A DNA stretch of 64,000 nucleotides from NCBI GenBank assembly GCA_017656145.1, contig JACDOI010000008.1:7389-71388 (forward strand), written 5' to 3'. Shown here piece after piece: positions 43,999-54,627 of this stretch. The notes under the pieces were generated by a model. It had not been told where the DNA came from. It searched no databases and saw only the letters and a program-made list of their open reading frames with translations. Numbering within the stretch: the stretch's first letter is position 1; each line of letters opens with the position of its first letter. The position numbers were made by a program, and so were the translations under genes. This DNA is from Bacillota bacterium (GTDB lineage: Bacteria; Bacillota; Limnochordia; Limnochordales; ZCTH02-B6).

Positions 43999-44072
43999 GA
44001 AGATGCTCGTGCCCCACCCCTGCCCGATCCGCCGTGTCCAGTCACCCTGCCCTTCCGAGGAGCGTGACCGTC

Positions 44073-44540
44073 GTGAGCACCAAGGCCCAGCAATCCCCGA
44101 GGCGGCACGTTGCCCATCAGAACGCCAACGCCTTATCCCAGAACGCCGGCCGAGACCTGGCCGCCGATTTCCAGACTGCCGTTTCGGAGTACTTGATCCG
44201 CCACCGCAGCGTCCTCGACGTTCTGGCCAAGCTGCAGGAGACGTCCGCCCGGGTGCAGCGAGCCGTCTCCCGGGCAGTGACCGAATGCGGCTGCATCACC
44301 GTGCGAGCCGCGCGCCAGCAAGTTCCCGCGGGCATCTCTTACCACCAGATGAAGGACTACGTCAGCACGCATTTGGACGGTCGCTTGTGCGAGCACTGCC
44401 GGGAAGTTCTCGAGACGGAACTCGGTCACAACTTGTTCTACGTGACCGCCCTCTGTGAGGTTCTCAACCTGGACACGTCGGACATCCTCCGCCAGGAGAT
44501 GAAACGGGTCACGACGCTGGGTGTGTTCAACCTCACCTGA
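44073..44540 (+). CDS. Hypothetical Cys-containing protein (CxC...CxxC); family not recognised
   Basis: The track ORF is 44034..44540. I prefer the GTG at 44073, 10 nt after GAGGAG. The sequence has ...SVLDVLAKLQETSARVQRAV..ECGCITVRA...LCEHCREVLETELGHNLFYVTALCEVLNLDTSDIL. The C-terminal helix pattern is vaguely MazG-like. It has its own canonical promoter. Confidence 0.5.
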   Translation: MSTKAQQSPRRHVAHQNANALSQNAGRDLAADFQTAVSEYLIRHRSVLDVLAKLQETSARVQRAVSRAVTECGCITVRAARQQVPAGISYHQMKDYVSTHLDGRLCEHCREVLETELGHNLFYVTALCEVLNLDTSDILRQEMKRVTTLGVFNLT

Positions 44541-44590
44541 CGGTCCGGCAGCAAGGCGCTCGTATGCGCCGGGGCGGGAAAGATGCTCCG

Positions 44591-45658
44591 CTACAGCTGG
44601 CGGTCGAGCAGCACCTGTTCCCGCAGCCGGCGCAATCCTTCCTTGATGGCGCGAGCTCGAACCTCGCCGATGCCTTCCACACTGTCCAAGTCTTCCAGCG
44701 AGGCCTGAACGATCGCGGGCAAGTTGGCAAACCGCTGCACGAGATTCTCGATGACGGGCAGGGGTAGCCGCGGCACTTTCGCCAACACCCGGTAGGCGCG
44801 GGGCGTAACCGGGGTATCCAGGTTGTTCATGTGGGCCGCGTACCCGAGCCGCCGGGCGATGAGCGAAAGGTCCAAAAGATCTTCCGAACTCCACTCGCCG
44901 AACGACTCCCAGATGTCCTCCGCGGTCTCCCCATCCTTGGGCCGGCAGTAGTCTTTGACGACGAGCAGGCCTTCCTCTTCAATATCGCTTACGAGCTCCA
45001 CCAGTTGCATCCGGACTAACCGGCCTTCGCTTCCCAGCTCCGCGATGTACCGCTCGATCTCCCGGCGGATACGATTGACCATCTGGGCCCGCTGAATGCA
45101 CGAGGCCACGTCGGAAAGCGTTGCCAGTTCTTCAAACTCGAGCGCCGTCAAGTTCGTCAGCGACTGCTGGAACACGGTCTTGTACTTTTCCAACGTCGAA
45201 AGGGCCTGGTTGGCCTTGGCCAGAATGACGTTGATGTCCCGCAAGGTGTAGCGGGAGTTGCCCTGATACAGGCTGATGACGTTGCGCCGCTGGGAGATGG
45301 AAATGACCAATTGCCCCGTCTGCTTGGCCACCCGCTCGGCGGTCCGGTGCCGGGTGCCCGACTCCTGGCTCGGAATCATCGGATCCGGCGTCAAGTGGGT
45401 GTTTGCGTACAAAATCCGGCGGCCGTCGCTGCTCAAAATGATGGCGCCGTCCATCTTGGCGAGCTCATATAAGGAAGACGGGTGCATCTCCGCGTCGATC
45501 TTGAACCCGCCGTTGACGAGATCCAGCACCTGCTGGGTATCGCCGACGACGATGAGCGCCCCTGTCCGCGCCCGCAAGATCATTTCCAAGGCGTCATAAA
45601 TCATCGTGCCCGGCGCAACCATCCGCAAGGCCTTCAAGATTTCCTCGTCCATAGGCAT
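44591..45658 (-). CDS. disA: DNA integrity scanning protein DisA (diadenylate cyclase)
   Basis: Starting from the ATG at 45658 it reads MPMDEEILKALRMVAPGT...GALIVVGD...DGAIILSSDGRRILYANTHL (DAC domain), with C-terminal HhH repeats. The first 211 codons of the track ORF are an out-of-frame overlap with radA. Confidence 0.9.
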   Translation of the reverse strand: MPMDEEILKALRMVAPGTMIYDALEMILRARTGALIVVGDTQQVLDLVNGGFKIDAEMHPSSLYELAKMDGAIILSSDGRRILYANTHLTPDPMIPSQESGTRHRTAERVAKQTGQLVISISQRRNVISLYQGNSRYTLRDINVILAKANQALSTLEKYKTVFQQSLTNLTALEFEELATLSDVASCIQRAQMVNRIRREIERYIAELGSEGRLVRMQLVELVSDIEEEGLLVVKDYCRPKDGETAEDIWESFGEWSSEDLLDLSLIARRLGYAAHMNNLDTPVTPRAYRVLAKVPRLPLPVIENLVQRFANLPAIVQASLEDLDSVEGIGEVRARAIKEGLRRLREQVLLDRQL

Positions 45659-45674
45659 GTCTTCCCGCACGCGT

Positions 45675-47042
45675 TCACCGCCTCTCGGCTGCGTCCACCG
45701 CCTTGAGCGCTTCGGCCACCGTCGCCACACCGACGCACTCGATTCCGGTCCGGAGTACGACGGGCGACGCGTTGGCCCTGGGCAGCACGCAACGCCGGAA
45801 TCCCAGCTTCGCGGCCTCCTGAGCCCGCCGCTCGGCCCGCCGGGTCGCCCGCACCTCGCCGGCCAATCCGACCTCGCCGAACACGACCGTGCCCGGGTCG
45901 ACCGGCCGGTCCCAGTGGGCGGAAGCCACCGCCACCGCGACCGCCAAGTCCGCGGCCGGTTCCAAAAGCCGCACGCCCCCGGCCACGTTGATGAAGACGT
46001 CGCACGAATGGAGCGGCAGGCCGCACCGCCGTTCCAGTACCGCCAAAATGATCGCGGCCCGCTGGTAGTCGACGCCGGACACTTGCCGCCGGGGGGTCCC
46101 TCCGAAGGGCGCGGGGCCGACCAAAGCCTGCACCTCCACCAGAAGCGGCCGGGTGCCCTCCAAGGTCGCGACGATAACCGTGCCGGCCGCCCCGGCAGCC
46201 CGCTCCTCAAGGAACAGTTCCGACGGGTTGGGCACTTCCCGCAGGCCTTCCTCGGCCATTTCAAAGATGCCGATCTCGTCGGTGGAGCCAAACCGGTTTT
46301 TCGCGCACCTCAACGTCCGGAACTGGGTGTGCCGCTCGCCTTCCATGTAGAGGACCGCGTCCACCGAATGTTCCAGGACCTTAGGGCCGGCTAGCAAGCC
46401 TTGCTTGTTGACATGACCGACGAGCAGCACGGGGATGCCTTCGGCTTTGGCCAACCGGGTCAGGCGCGCGGCGCATTCCCGCACTTGAGAGAGACTCCCC
46501 GCCGGGCCCTCCGCGTCGCTTGCGGCCACCGTCTGAACCGAGTCCACCACCAGAAGCTTGGGCCGATGCGCGCAAGCCGCGGTCATCACCGCGTCCACGT
46601 CCGTTTCGGCCAGTACGGAAAGGGCCCGGGACAGGGCACCCACCCGTCGGGCCCGCAATGCCACCTGTTCGATGGACTCCTCGGCCGAGACATACAGCAC
46701 GGGACCGTGCTGCTCCGCGAACCGGTGGCTGGCTTGCAACAGGAGGGTGGACTTGCCGATTCCCGGCTCGCCGCCCATGAGGACGACCGAACCCGGAACA
46801 ATCCCGCCCCCCAGGACCCGGTCCAGCTCAGACAGGCCCGTCCTGGCCCGCGCGTCGGGGGACCGATCGACATCGGCGAGGGTTTGGGGACGGGGGCTTG
46901 AGCTCACCAGGGCGGGGACAGCCGGTTTGAACTCCTCCAGGCTGTTCCACGCCTGGCACGAGGGGCAGCGGCCCAACCACCGGGGGCTCTCGTACCCACA
47001 TTCCCGGCAGGCAAACCTCGTTCGGGCGGCCCGTGTCGCCAT
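45675..47042 (-). CDS. radA: DNA repair protein RadA/Sms
   Basis: It has a Zn-finger (FACRECGYESPRWLGRCPSCQAWNS), a Walker A motif (GGEPGIGKSTLLLQ), KNRFG and a Lon-like C-terminal domain. Confidence 0.92.
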   Translation of the reverse strand: MATRAARTRFACRECGYESPRWLGRCPSCQAWNSLEEFKPAVPALVSSSPRPQTLADVDRSPDARARTGLSELDRVLGGGIVPGSVVLMGGEPGIGKSTLLLQASHRFAEQHGPVLYVSAEESIEQVALRARRVGALSRALSVLAETDVDAVMTAACAHRPKLLVVDSVQTVAASDAEGPAGSLSQVRECAARLTRLAKAEGIPVLLVGHVNKQGLLAGPKVLEHSVDAVLYMEGERHTQFRTLRCAKNRFGSTDEIGIFEMAEEGLREVPNPSELFLEERAAGAAGTVIVATLEGTRPLLVEVQALVGPAPFGGTPRRQVSGVDYQRAAIILAVLERRCGLPLHSCDVFINVAGGVRLLEPAADLAVAVAVASAHWDRPVDPGTVVFGEVGLAGEVRATRRAERRAQEAAKLGFRRCVLPRANASPVVLRTGIECVGVATVAEALKAVDAAERR

Positions 47043-47090
47043 ACTGCCCTCCTGTGCCGGGGCAATGCCGTAGCCTGGGATTCACATTTT

Positions 47091-47120
47091 ATTATATCAT
47101 TCGCCACCGCGAGGCCACAA
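47091..47120 (-). promoter_or_regulatory. Candidate internal promoter for radA-disA (TTGTGG-N18-TATAAT)
   Basis: The minus strand reads GGTTGTGGCCTCGCGGTGGCGAATGATATAATAAAATG. An AGGAGGG SD precedes the radA ATG. Confidence 0.4.
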
Positions 47121-47151
47121 CCGGAGTCCCGGGCCGCAAGGCGAGAACGAG

Positions 47152-47188
47152 AGCGCCCGCCATCCCCGGACGGAGACCGGCGGGCGCT
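47152..47188 (-). terminator. GC-rich hairpin just after the clpC stop; possible partial terminator/attenuator
   Basis: The minus strand reads AGCGCCCGCC-N17-GGCGGGCGCT followed by CTCGTTCTCG. The stem is a perfect 10 bp and the U-tract is weak. Confidence 0.4.
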
Positions 47189-47197
47189 TGCGGGTGC

Positions 47198-49645
<2,448 letters not shown>

Positions 49646-49658
49646 CGTCCTCTTTCAA

Positions 49659-50729
49659 CTATTCTTGTTCAGCCTGAAAAGCCCGTATGCGCTCTCGAAC
49701 GAGGCTGGCCCGAAGCTGGTCCCGCTCCGCGGGCCCCAGCTCCCGGCCGACCCGGTTCTGGAGGTGGGCCGGCCGGATGAGCACCAGCAGTTCCTGCAAA
49801 ATTTCCGGCTTCAAATCGGTTATCAGCCCAAGGTCGATGCCCAGCCGGACATCCGACAGAAGCTGCATCGCCTCGCGGCTCGACAACACCCGGGCGTGGG
49901 CCAGCGTGCCGTACGCCCGGAGCACCCGGTCTTCCAGCCACGTCTCGTTTCGCTTGAGGATCGCCTGTCGGGCTTCCCGTTCCTGATCGATCACCTGCCG
50001 CGTGACGCTGATCAGATGCTCGACCGTCTCCCGCTCGCCCCGGCCCAGGGTCACCTGGTTGGAAAACTGAAAGATATTGCCCACAGCCTGGGTCCCTTCG
50101 CCGTACAAGCCTCGCACGACCAGGCCGAACTTCCCCACCGCCCCGATGATGCGACCGATCTGGTCCGTCAGCGCCAGGGCGGGAAGGTGAACCATCAAGC
50201 TTGCTCGCAACCCGGTTCCCACGTTGGTCGGGCAAGCGGTGAGATAGCCCCGGGTCTCGGAAAACGCGTAGGGCAGCTGCCCCTCAAGCCCGTTGTCGAC
50301 CCGGTCGGCTACGTCCAACGCGAGCCCCAGTTGCATGCCCGGCATGAGCACCTGGATACGGATGTGGTCTTCCTCGTTGATCATGACGCTGACGACTTCG
50401 TCGTCCCGCAGGATGACGGCCTTGTGCCGGACTGCCTTCGTATGCTGCGGGCTGATCAAGTGTCGCTCCACCAGAAGTTGGCGTTCAAGCGGCGTCAGCG
50501 AGCTCATGGGGACAAACTCCATGTTCCCCAAGGAGCCGGCCTTGGCCACCGCCTCCCGGCACATGGTCATCACATGCTCAAGCTGCTGTTCGCTGGCCAC
50601 CGCCGGGAACGGGATGCCCGCCAAGTTGCGGGCGAGCCGAATGCGGCTGCCCAAAACCACGTCCCGGTCAGGACCGCTGCCTCGCATCCACTCGCTTACG
50701 GGCCGGTTGATGATTTCCCGGAGCGACAT
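49659..50729 (-). CDS. mcsB: Protein arginine kinase McsB
   Basis: The ATG at 50729 (MSLREIINRPVSEWM...) parallels the B. subtilis McsB start. The guanidino-kinase domain has RIRLARNLAGIPFP, EEDHIRIQ and TACPTNVGTGLRAS. Confidence 0.9.
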   Translation of the reverse strand: MSLREIINRPVSEWMRGSGPDRDVVLGSRIRLARNLAGIPFPAVASEQQLEHVMTMCREAVAKAGSLGNMEFVPMSSLTPLERQLLVERHLISPQHTKAVRHKAVILRDDEVVSVMINEEDHIRIQVLMPGMQLGLALDVADRVDNGLEGQLPYAFSETRGYLTACPTNVGTGLRASLMVHLPALALTDQIGRIIGAVGKFGLVVRGLYGEGTQAVGNIFQFSNQVTLGRGERETVEHLISVTRQVIDQEREARQAILKRNETWLEDRVLRAYGTLAHARVLSSREAMQLLSDVRLGIDLGLITDLKPEILQELLVLIRPAHLQNRVGRELGPAERDQLRASLVRERIRAFQAEQE

Positions 50730-50742
50730 CCGTCTCCCCCCC

Positions 50743-51261
50743 TCACCCACCGGGGCGCAAATCCCGTTCCAGCGCCCGGATCCGGTCCCGGATTTCCGCC
50801 GCCCGCTCGTACTCCTCTTTCGCGACGGCTTGATGCAACTCCTGCCGCAGCCGGTTCAGCTCCCGGCGGCGGCGCAGCGCCCCGCCGGTCCGGGCGGGAA
50901 TTTTGCCGGCGTGCGCGGTGCTGCCGTGAATACGGCGCAAAACGGGCTCCAGCTGCTTTTGAAACGTCTCGTAGCACTCGCTGCAACCCAGATGTCCCAG
51001 CCGCTTGAAATCGGAGAACGTCAAGCCGCAGTTGGGACACCGGACCGGCGCCCGGCCTACTGCTTCGGCGGGTGCGGGATCGGCCTCGGGTTCCAGGAGT
51101 CCGCCAAGAAGCTTGTGAAAGCTGAACACGGGCTCCAGGAGAACGGCTTCGCCCTGTTCTCGGGCGCACTGCTCGCACAAGTGGGACTCGGTCTTCTCCC
51201 CGTTGACAATGCGTGTCACGTGCACCGTCGCTTCAGCCTGCCCGCACGCCTGGCACAACAT
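50743..51261 (-). CDS. mcsA: Protein arginine kinase activator McsA (zinc-finger plus UVR domain)
   Basis: MLCQACGQAEATVHVTRIVNGEKTESHLCEQCAREQG, a second CxxC...CxxC pair, and a C-terminal UVR motif (AVAKEEYERAAEIRDRIRALE). Confidence 0.9.
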   Translation of the reverse strand: MLCQACGQAEATVHVTRIVNGEKTESHLCEQCAREQGEAVLLEPVFSFHKLLGGLLEPEADPAPAEAVGRAPVRCPNCGLTFSDFKRLGHLGCSECYETFQKQLEPVLRRIHGSTAHAGKIPARTGGALRRRRELNRLRQELHQAVAKEEYERAAEIRDRIRALERDLRPGG

Positions 51262-51283
51262 GCGCCGTCCTCCTTCCCTCTCC

Positions 51284-51772
51284 TCATCGTATGCCGTCGT
51301 TGCCCGCGGGCCAGTTGGACAGCACGACTAGCATACCCTTGACCACTGCCGCCCGCACCATCCCGTCCAACGGCGGGGCCAGCTCCCGAGCCTCTTGCTG
51401 AAGCACATGGCGGGCCAGCGCCGCCTGGCGCCGGGAGACGATCCCCATCTCCTCCCAGGCCCGGAGGAGCCCCTCCGCTTGGGCTTGGGAGAGGGACCGG
51501 CCGATCCGGCGCCACAAGGCGCCCAAACCCGCCGGCTGCTCGGGGCGGGGGTGCCGGGCGACGATGCGGATGAACCCGCCGCCCCCCCGGCGGCTCTCCA
51601 CAACGAAACCGCGCTCTGGGGTGAAGCGGGTGGCCAGCACGTACGTCACCTGCGACGGGACGCAGGAGAACCGGTCGGCCAGCTCGCCGCGTCGCACCTC
51701 CACGTACCCGTCCTGGGAACGGGCCAAAAGGTGCATCAAGTATGCCTCGATGCGATCGGCCAGACTGCTCAT
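51284..51772 (-). CDS. ctsR: Class III stress gene repressor CtsR
   Basis: 162 aa. It reads ...FSCVPSQVTYVLATRFTPERGFVVESRRGGGGFIRI, which is the CtsR HTH plus glycine-rich loop. Confidence 0.92.
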   Translation of the reverse strand: MSSLADRIEAYLMHLLARSQDGYVEVRRGELADRFSCVPSQVTYVLATRFTPERGFVVESRRGGGGFIRIVARHPRPEQPAGLGALWRRIGRSLSQAQAEGLLRAWEEMGIVSRRQAALARHVLQQEARELAPPLDGMVRAAVVKGMLVVLSNWPAGNDGIR

Positions 51773-51797
51773 CGCGGGCCTCCCGTCGGCACCGTGA

Positions 51798-51853
51798 TTT
51801 GACCTTGTTTGACTTTCTTGGTTCGATTATACCATATTTCCCAACCCGCGCAA
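51798..51853 (-). promoter_or_regulatory. ctsR operon promoter (TTGCGC-N16-TATAAT, TG-extended) with a CtsR operator direct repeat AGTCAAA-CAA-GGTCAAA
   Basis: The minus strand reads CCCTTGCGCGGGTTGGGAAATATGGTATAATCGAACCAAGAAAGTCAAACAAGGTCAAATCACGG. The heptad repeat at 51798-51814 matches the CtsR box consensus (A/G)GTCAAA-NAN-(A/G)GTCAAA. Confidence 0.85.
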
Positions 51854-51869
51854 GGGACAACGGGCTCGG

Positions 51870-53036
51870 TCAGTGTTCCTCGTGGACCAGCTCGGCCGCG
51901 GCCAGCGCCAACCGGTCCACGTCCGCCTCGTCGGTGAACGCGTGCACCGACGCCCGCACCGCCTTCGGATCGGGCAGCCAGCGGCACACGATGCGGTGCC
52001 GCTCCCACAGCAGGCGAACCGCCCGCTCCGCGTCGACGCCCGGCAAGCGGAACACGACCAGGCCAGAGCGCCGGGTTTCGTCGTCAGGCCCGATGATCTC
52101 CACTCCTGGAATGCGGGCCAACCCCTCCCGGAGCCGGCCGACCAGTTCCCGGATGCGGTCTTGCGCGCGGTCCGGCCCGAGCTCATGCCACAGGGTCACT
52201 GCGCGGCCAAGAGCCGCCAGCGACGGCACGTGGTAGCCGGCCACTTCGAACCGCCGGGCCGTCTCATGGAGGCGAAACCGCTCCGCCGGTTCGCTTTCCC
52301 GGGCGACCGCGGCCCAGCTGATGCGGGTCACCGCTACGTTTTCCAGCACTTCCCGGTCCACGAACAGGGCTCCGGTTCCGTCCGGCCCCAAAAGCCATTT
52401 TTGCCCGGCGCAGGCGTAAAAGTGGCAACCCAGTTCCCGCACGTTGACCGGCATCTGCCCCGGGCCTTGCGCGCCGTCTACCAGGAGCCAAATCTTTCGC
52501 TTGCGCGCGATCTCCGCCACGTCGGCTACCGGCAGCACCGCACCGGTGTTGTAGGCCACGTGGCTCATGCAAATGAGCCGGGTGCGGGGCGAGACGGCCC
52601 CAGCCACCTCGTCAGCGGTAATCATTCCGCGGGTCCTGCTCAATCGGCGGACGATCACACCTCTCTCCCGGGCCAGCTGATACCACGGGAGCAACCCGGA
52701 AATGTGCTCCAGATCCGAGACGATGACCTCGTCGCCGGGCTGCCATGGAAGGCCCGCGGCCACAATGGCCAGCCCCTCGCTGCAGCTCCGGGTCAAGGCC
52801 ACTTCATCGGGGCCCGCGCCCAATAAACCCGCGATCGCTTGCCGTACCCGCTCAAGCTCCGCATCAGCTTCCGCCAACACGTCCGGCCGCCCGGGGCCAA
52901 GACGGCCCAGCCGCTCCGCCCACCGCCGCTCCTCGTCCAGCACGGCCGCGGGCGGCGGCCCGGACACGCCGGTGTTGAGATAGATCTGGTCTTGAAGCGC
53001 AGGAATGCTCTCCCGCAGGCTGCGCCAGCGGTCCAT
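51870..53036 (-). CDS. Aminotransferase class V-fold PLP-dependent enzyme (cysteine desulfurase / isopenicillin-N-epimerase-like)
   Basis: 388 aa. The layout is class V typical (IYLNTGVSGPPP, ...SHVAYNTGAVLP, DGAQGPGQMPVNV, ...GQKWLLGPDGTGALF). Confidence 0.7.
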   Translation of the reverse strand: MDRWRSLRESIPALQDQIYLNTGVSGPPPAAVLDEERRWAERLGRLGPGRPDVLAEADAELERVRQAIAGLLGAGPDEVALTRSCSEGLAIVAAGLPWQPGDEVIVSDLEHISGLLPWYQLARERGVIVRRLSRTRGMITADEVAGAVSPRTRLICMSHVAYNTGAVLPVADVAEIARKRKIWLLVDGAQGPGQMPVNVRELGCHFYACAGQKWLLGPDGTGALFVDREVLENVAVTRISWAAVARESEPAERFRLHETARRFEVAGYHVPSLAALGRAVTLWHELGPDRAQDRIRELVGRLREGLARIPGVEIIGPDDETRRSGLVVFRLPGVDAERAVRLLWERHRIVCRWLPDPKAVRASVHAFTDEADVDRLALAAAELVHEEH

Positions 53037-53154
53037 ACACGTTCCCTCCCCACGGGTTGCTGCTCATCGCCCGTCGCCTGCTGCCATGGATGCCAAACAT
53101 TGCTCCCAGGACCCGGTTGCCTCCTTGTGGAACCGGGGGCTACAAACGGAGGCG

Positions 53155-53685
53155 ATGCTCGTGTCCCGGCATCCGACGAGCCGCCGGCTGCACCCGGCCC
53201 ACCGGGCCGTCCGGCGGCTGTTTCCGCCCAACGTGTACGTGCAGAGGTTGCTCAACAAGCTGGAAGCCCTACACGTCGGCTTACGCCCCAGCCGCGAGTG
53301 GCAGCAATGGCTGTACCATCCGGCCTACCGCGTGCTGCTTGTATGGGAGCCGGACTTGCGCACCCAGCCGCTGTCGTATCTGGTGGTCATTCTCGCCCAC
53401 GAGATCGGCCACGTGCTGGATTTCGACGAAAAGCCCCACTACCGTGCCTTGACCCGGCACCTTCGCTGGTGGCAAGTGCCCGATGAAATCGAGCGGTCCG
53501 CGTTCGTGCGAGGCTTTTCGGTTCTTCAAGAACTGGCGGTGCCGGTGACCCTCGAGCAGTATCTTACCATGATGGAACCCCGCATGGCGGCCCAAGTCGC
53601 GTGGGCGCTGGGCGCGGTGCCGCCGGAAACGCCGTTCATTCCTTCCACAGGGGCTGTCGCGCTGTCACAAAATCCGGGCGCCTAG
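53155..53685 (+). CDS. Hypothetical protein with an HExxH zinc-metallopeptidase-like motif
   Basis: The ATG at 53155 lies after GGAGG. The product is about 176 aa and contains ...LSYLVVILAHEIGHVLDFDEKPHY... I recognised no other family signature. Its 3' end overlaps the convergent arginase gene by 21 nt. Confidence 0.45.
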   Translation: MLVSRHPTSRRLHPAHRAVRRLFPPNVYVQRLLNKLEALHVGLRPSREWQQWLYHPAYRVLLVWEPDLRTQPLSYLVVILAHEIGHVLDFDEKPHYRALTRHLRWWQVPDEIERSAFVRGFSVLQELAVPVTLEQYLTMMEPRMAAQVAWALGAVPPETPFIPSTGAVALSQNPGA

Positions 53686-54606
53686 AGCCGAGCGGGCCAT
53701 GTCGACCGCCAGTCGGGCGGTCCGGTTGGCCGTATCGAGAATGGGGTTAACCTCGACGATGTCCATGGAGACGACGAACCCCGCCTCGGCCAACATTTCC
53801 ATGGCCAGGTGGCCTTCGCGGTAGGTAAGCCCCCCGGCCTTCGGCGTGCCGACGCCAGGCGCGAGCTCGGGCTCGAACACGTCCATGTCCAGGCTGATGT
53901 GAACTCCCCGGGCGTGGCGTCGCATGTGTTCCACCGCCCGTTCCATGACCGCCGTCAGGCCCAGGCGGTCCACGTCCTCGATGGTGAACACGAGGATGCC
54001 GCTTTCCTTGATCAACCGGCGTTCGCCCGGGTCCAGGTCGCGCACGCCGATGAGGGCCAGCCGCTGGGGCCGCACCGGCTCGGGCCCGGCTAAGGCCGCC
54101 AGCTCGGATGGGCCGTATCCGGCCAAAGCCGCGAGGGCCATGCCGTGAACGTTGCCCGACGGGCTCGTCCCGGGGGTGTTGAAGTCCCCGTGGGCATCGA
54201 GCCAGATGACCCCGACGTCCGGGTGAACGGCCCGCACGCCGCCCACCGTGCCCACCGACAGGCTATGGTCTCCTCCGAGCACCAGCGGCAGCCGCCCGCC
54301 GCGCAAGGTCTCCGCCACCCGGGTCGCCACGTCCCGCAACACGGCGACGATGGTCGGAAGATGCCGGGCGTTCGGATCCCCCGCCGGGGAGTGCTCAGGA
54401 TTCGGCACTGCCAAATTCCCCATATCTTCGACCCGACGGCCAAGTCCTTCCAGTGCGGCCTGCAAGCCCGCGTAGCGCAAGGCGCTCGGCCCCATGTCCA
54501 CGCCCCGCCGGTTGGCTCCCAAATCTATCGGCACCCCGATGACGCTGATCTCCACCGGCCCAAGCCCCCCGGTGTACCCCAGTTCTTGCTTGACAGCTTC
54601 CCGCAA
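53665..54606 (-). CDS. rocF: Arginase (ureohydrolase family)
   Basis: It has Mn-binding motifs (GGDHSLSVG, LDAHGDFNT, SLDMDVFEP) and the arginase-like N-terminus VIGVPIDLGANRRGVDMGPSALRYAGL. Confidence 0.85.
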   Translation of the reverse strand: MREAVKQELGYTGGLGPVEISVIGVPIDLGANRRGVDMGPSALRYAGLQAALEGLGRRVEDMGNLAVPNPEHSPAGDPNARHLPTIVAVLRDVATRVAETLRGGRLPLVLGGDHSLSVGTVGGVRAVHPDVGVIWLDAHGDFNTPGTSPSGNVHGMALAALAGYGPSELAALAGPEPVRPQRLALIGVRDLDPGERRLIKESGILVFTIEDVDRLGLTAVMERAVEHMRRHARGVHISLDMDVFEPELAPGVGTPKAGGLTYREGHLAMEMLAEAGFVVSMDIVEVNPILDTANRTARLAVDMARSALGARIL

Positions 54607-54627
54607 TGCGGCACCGCCTAAAGCATC

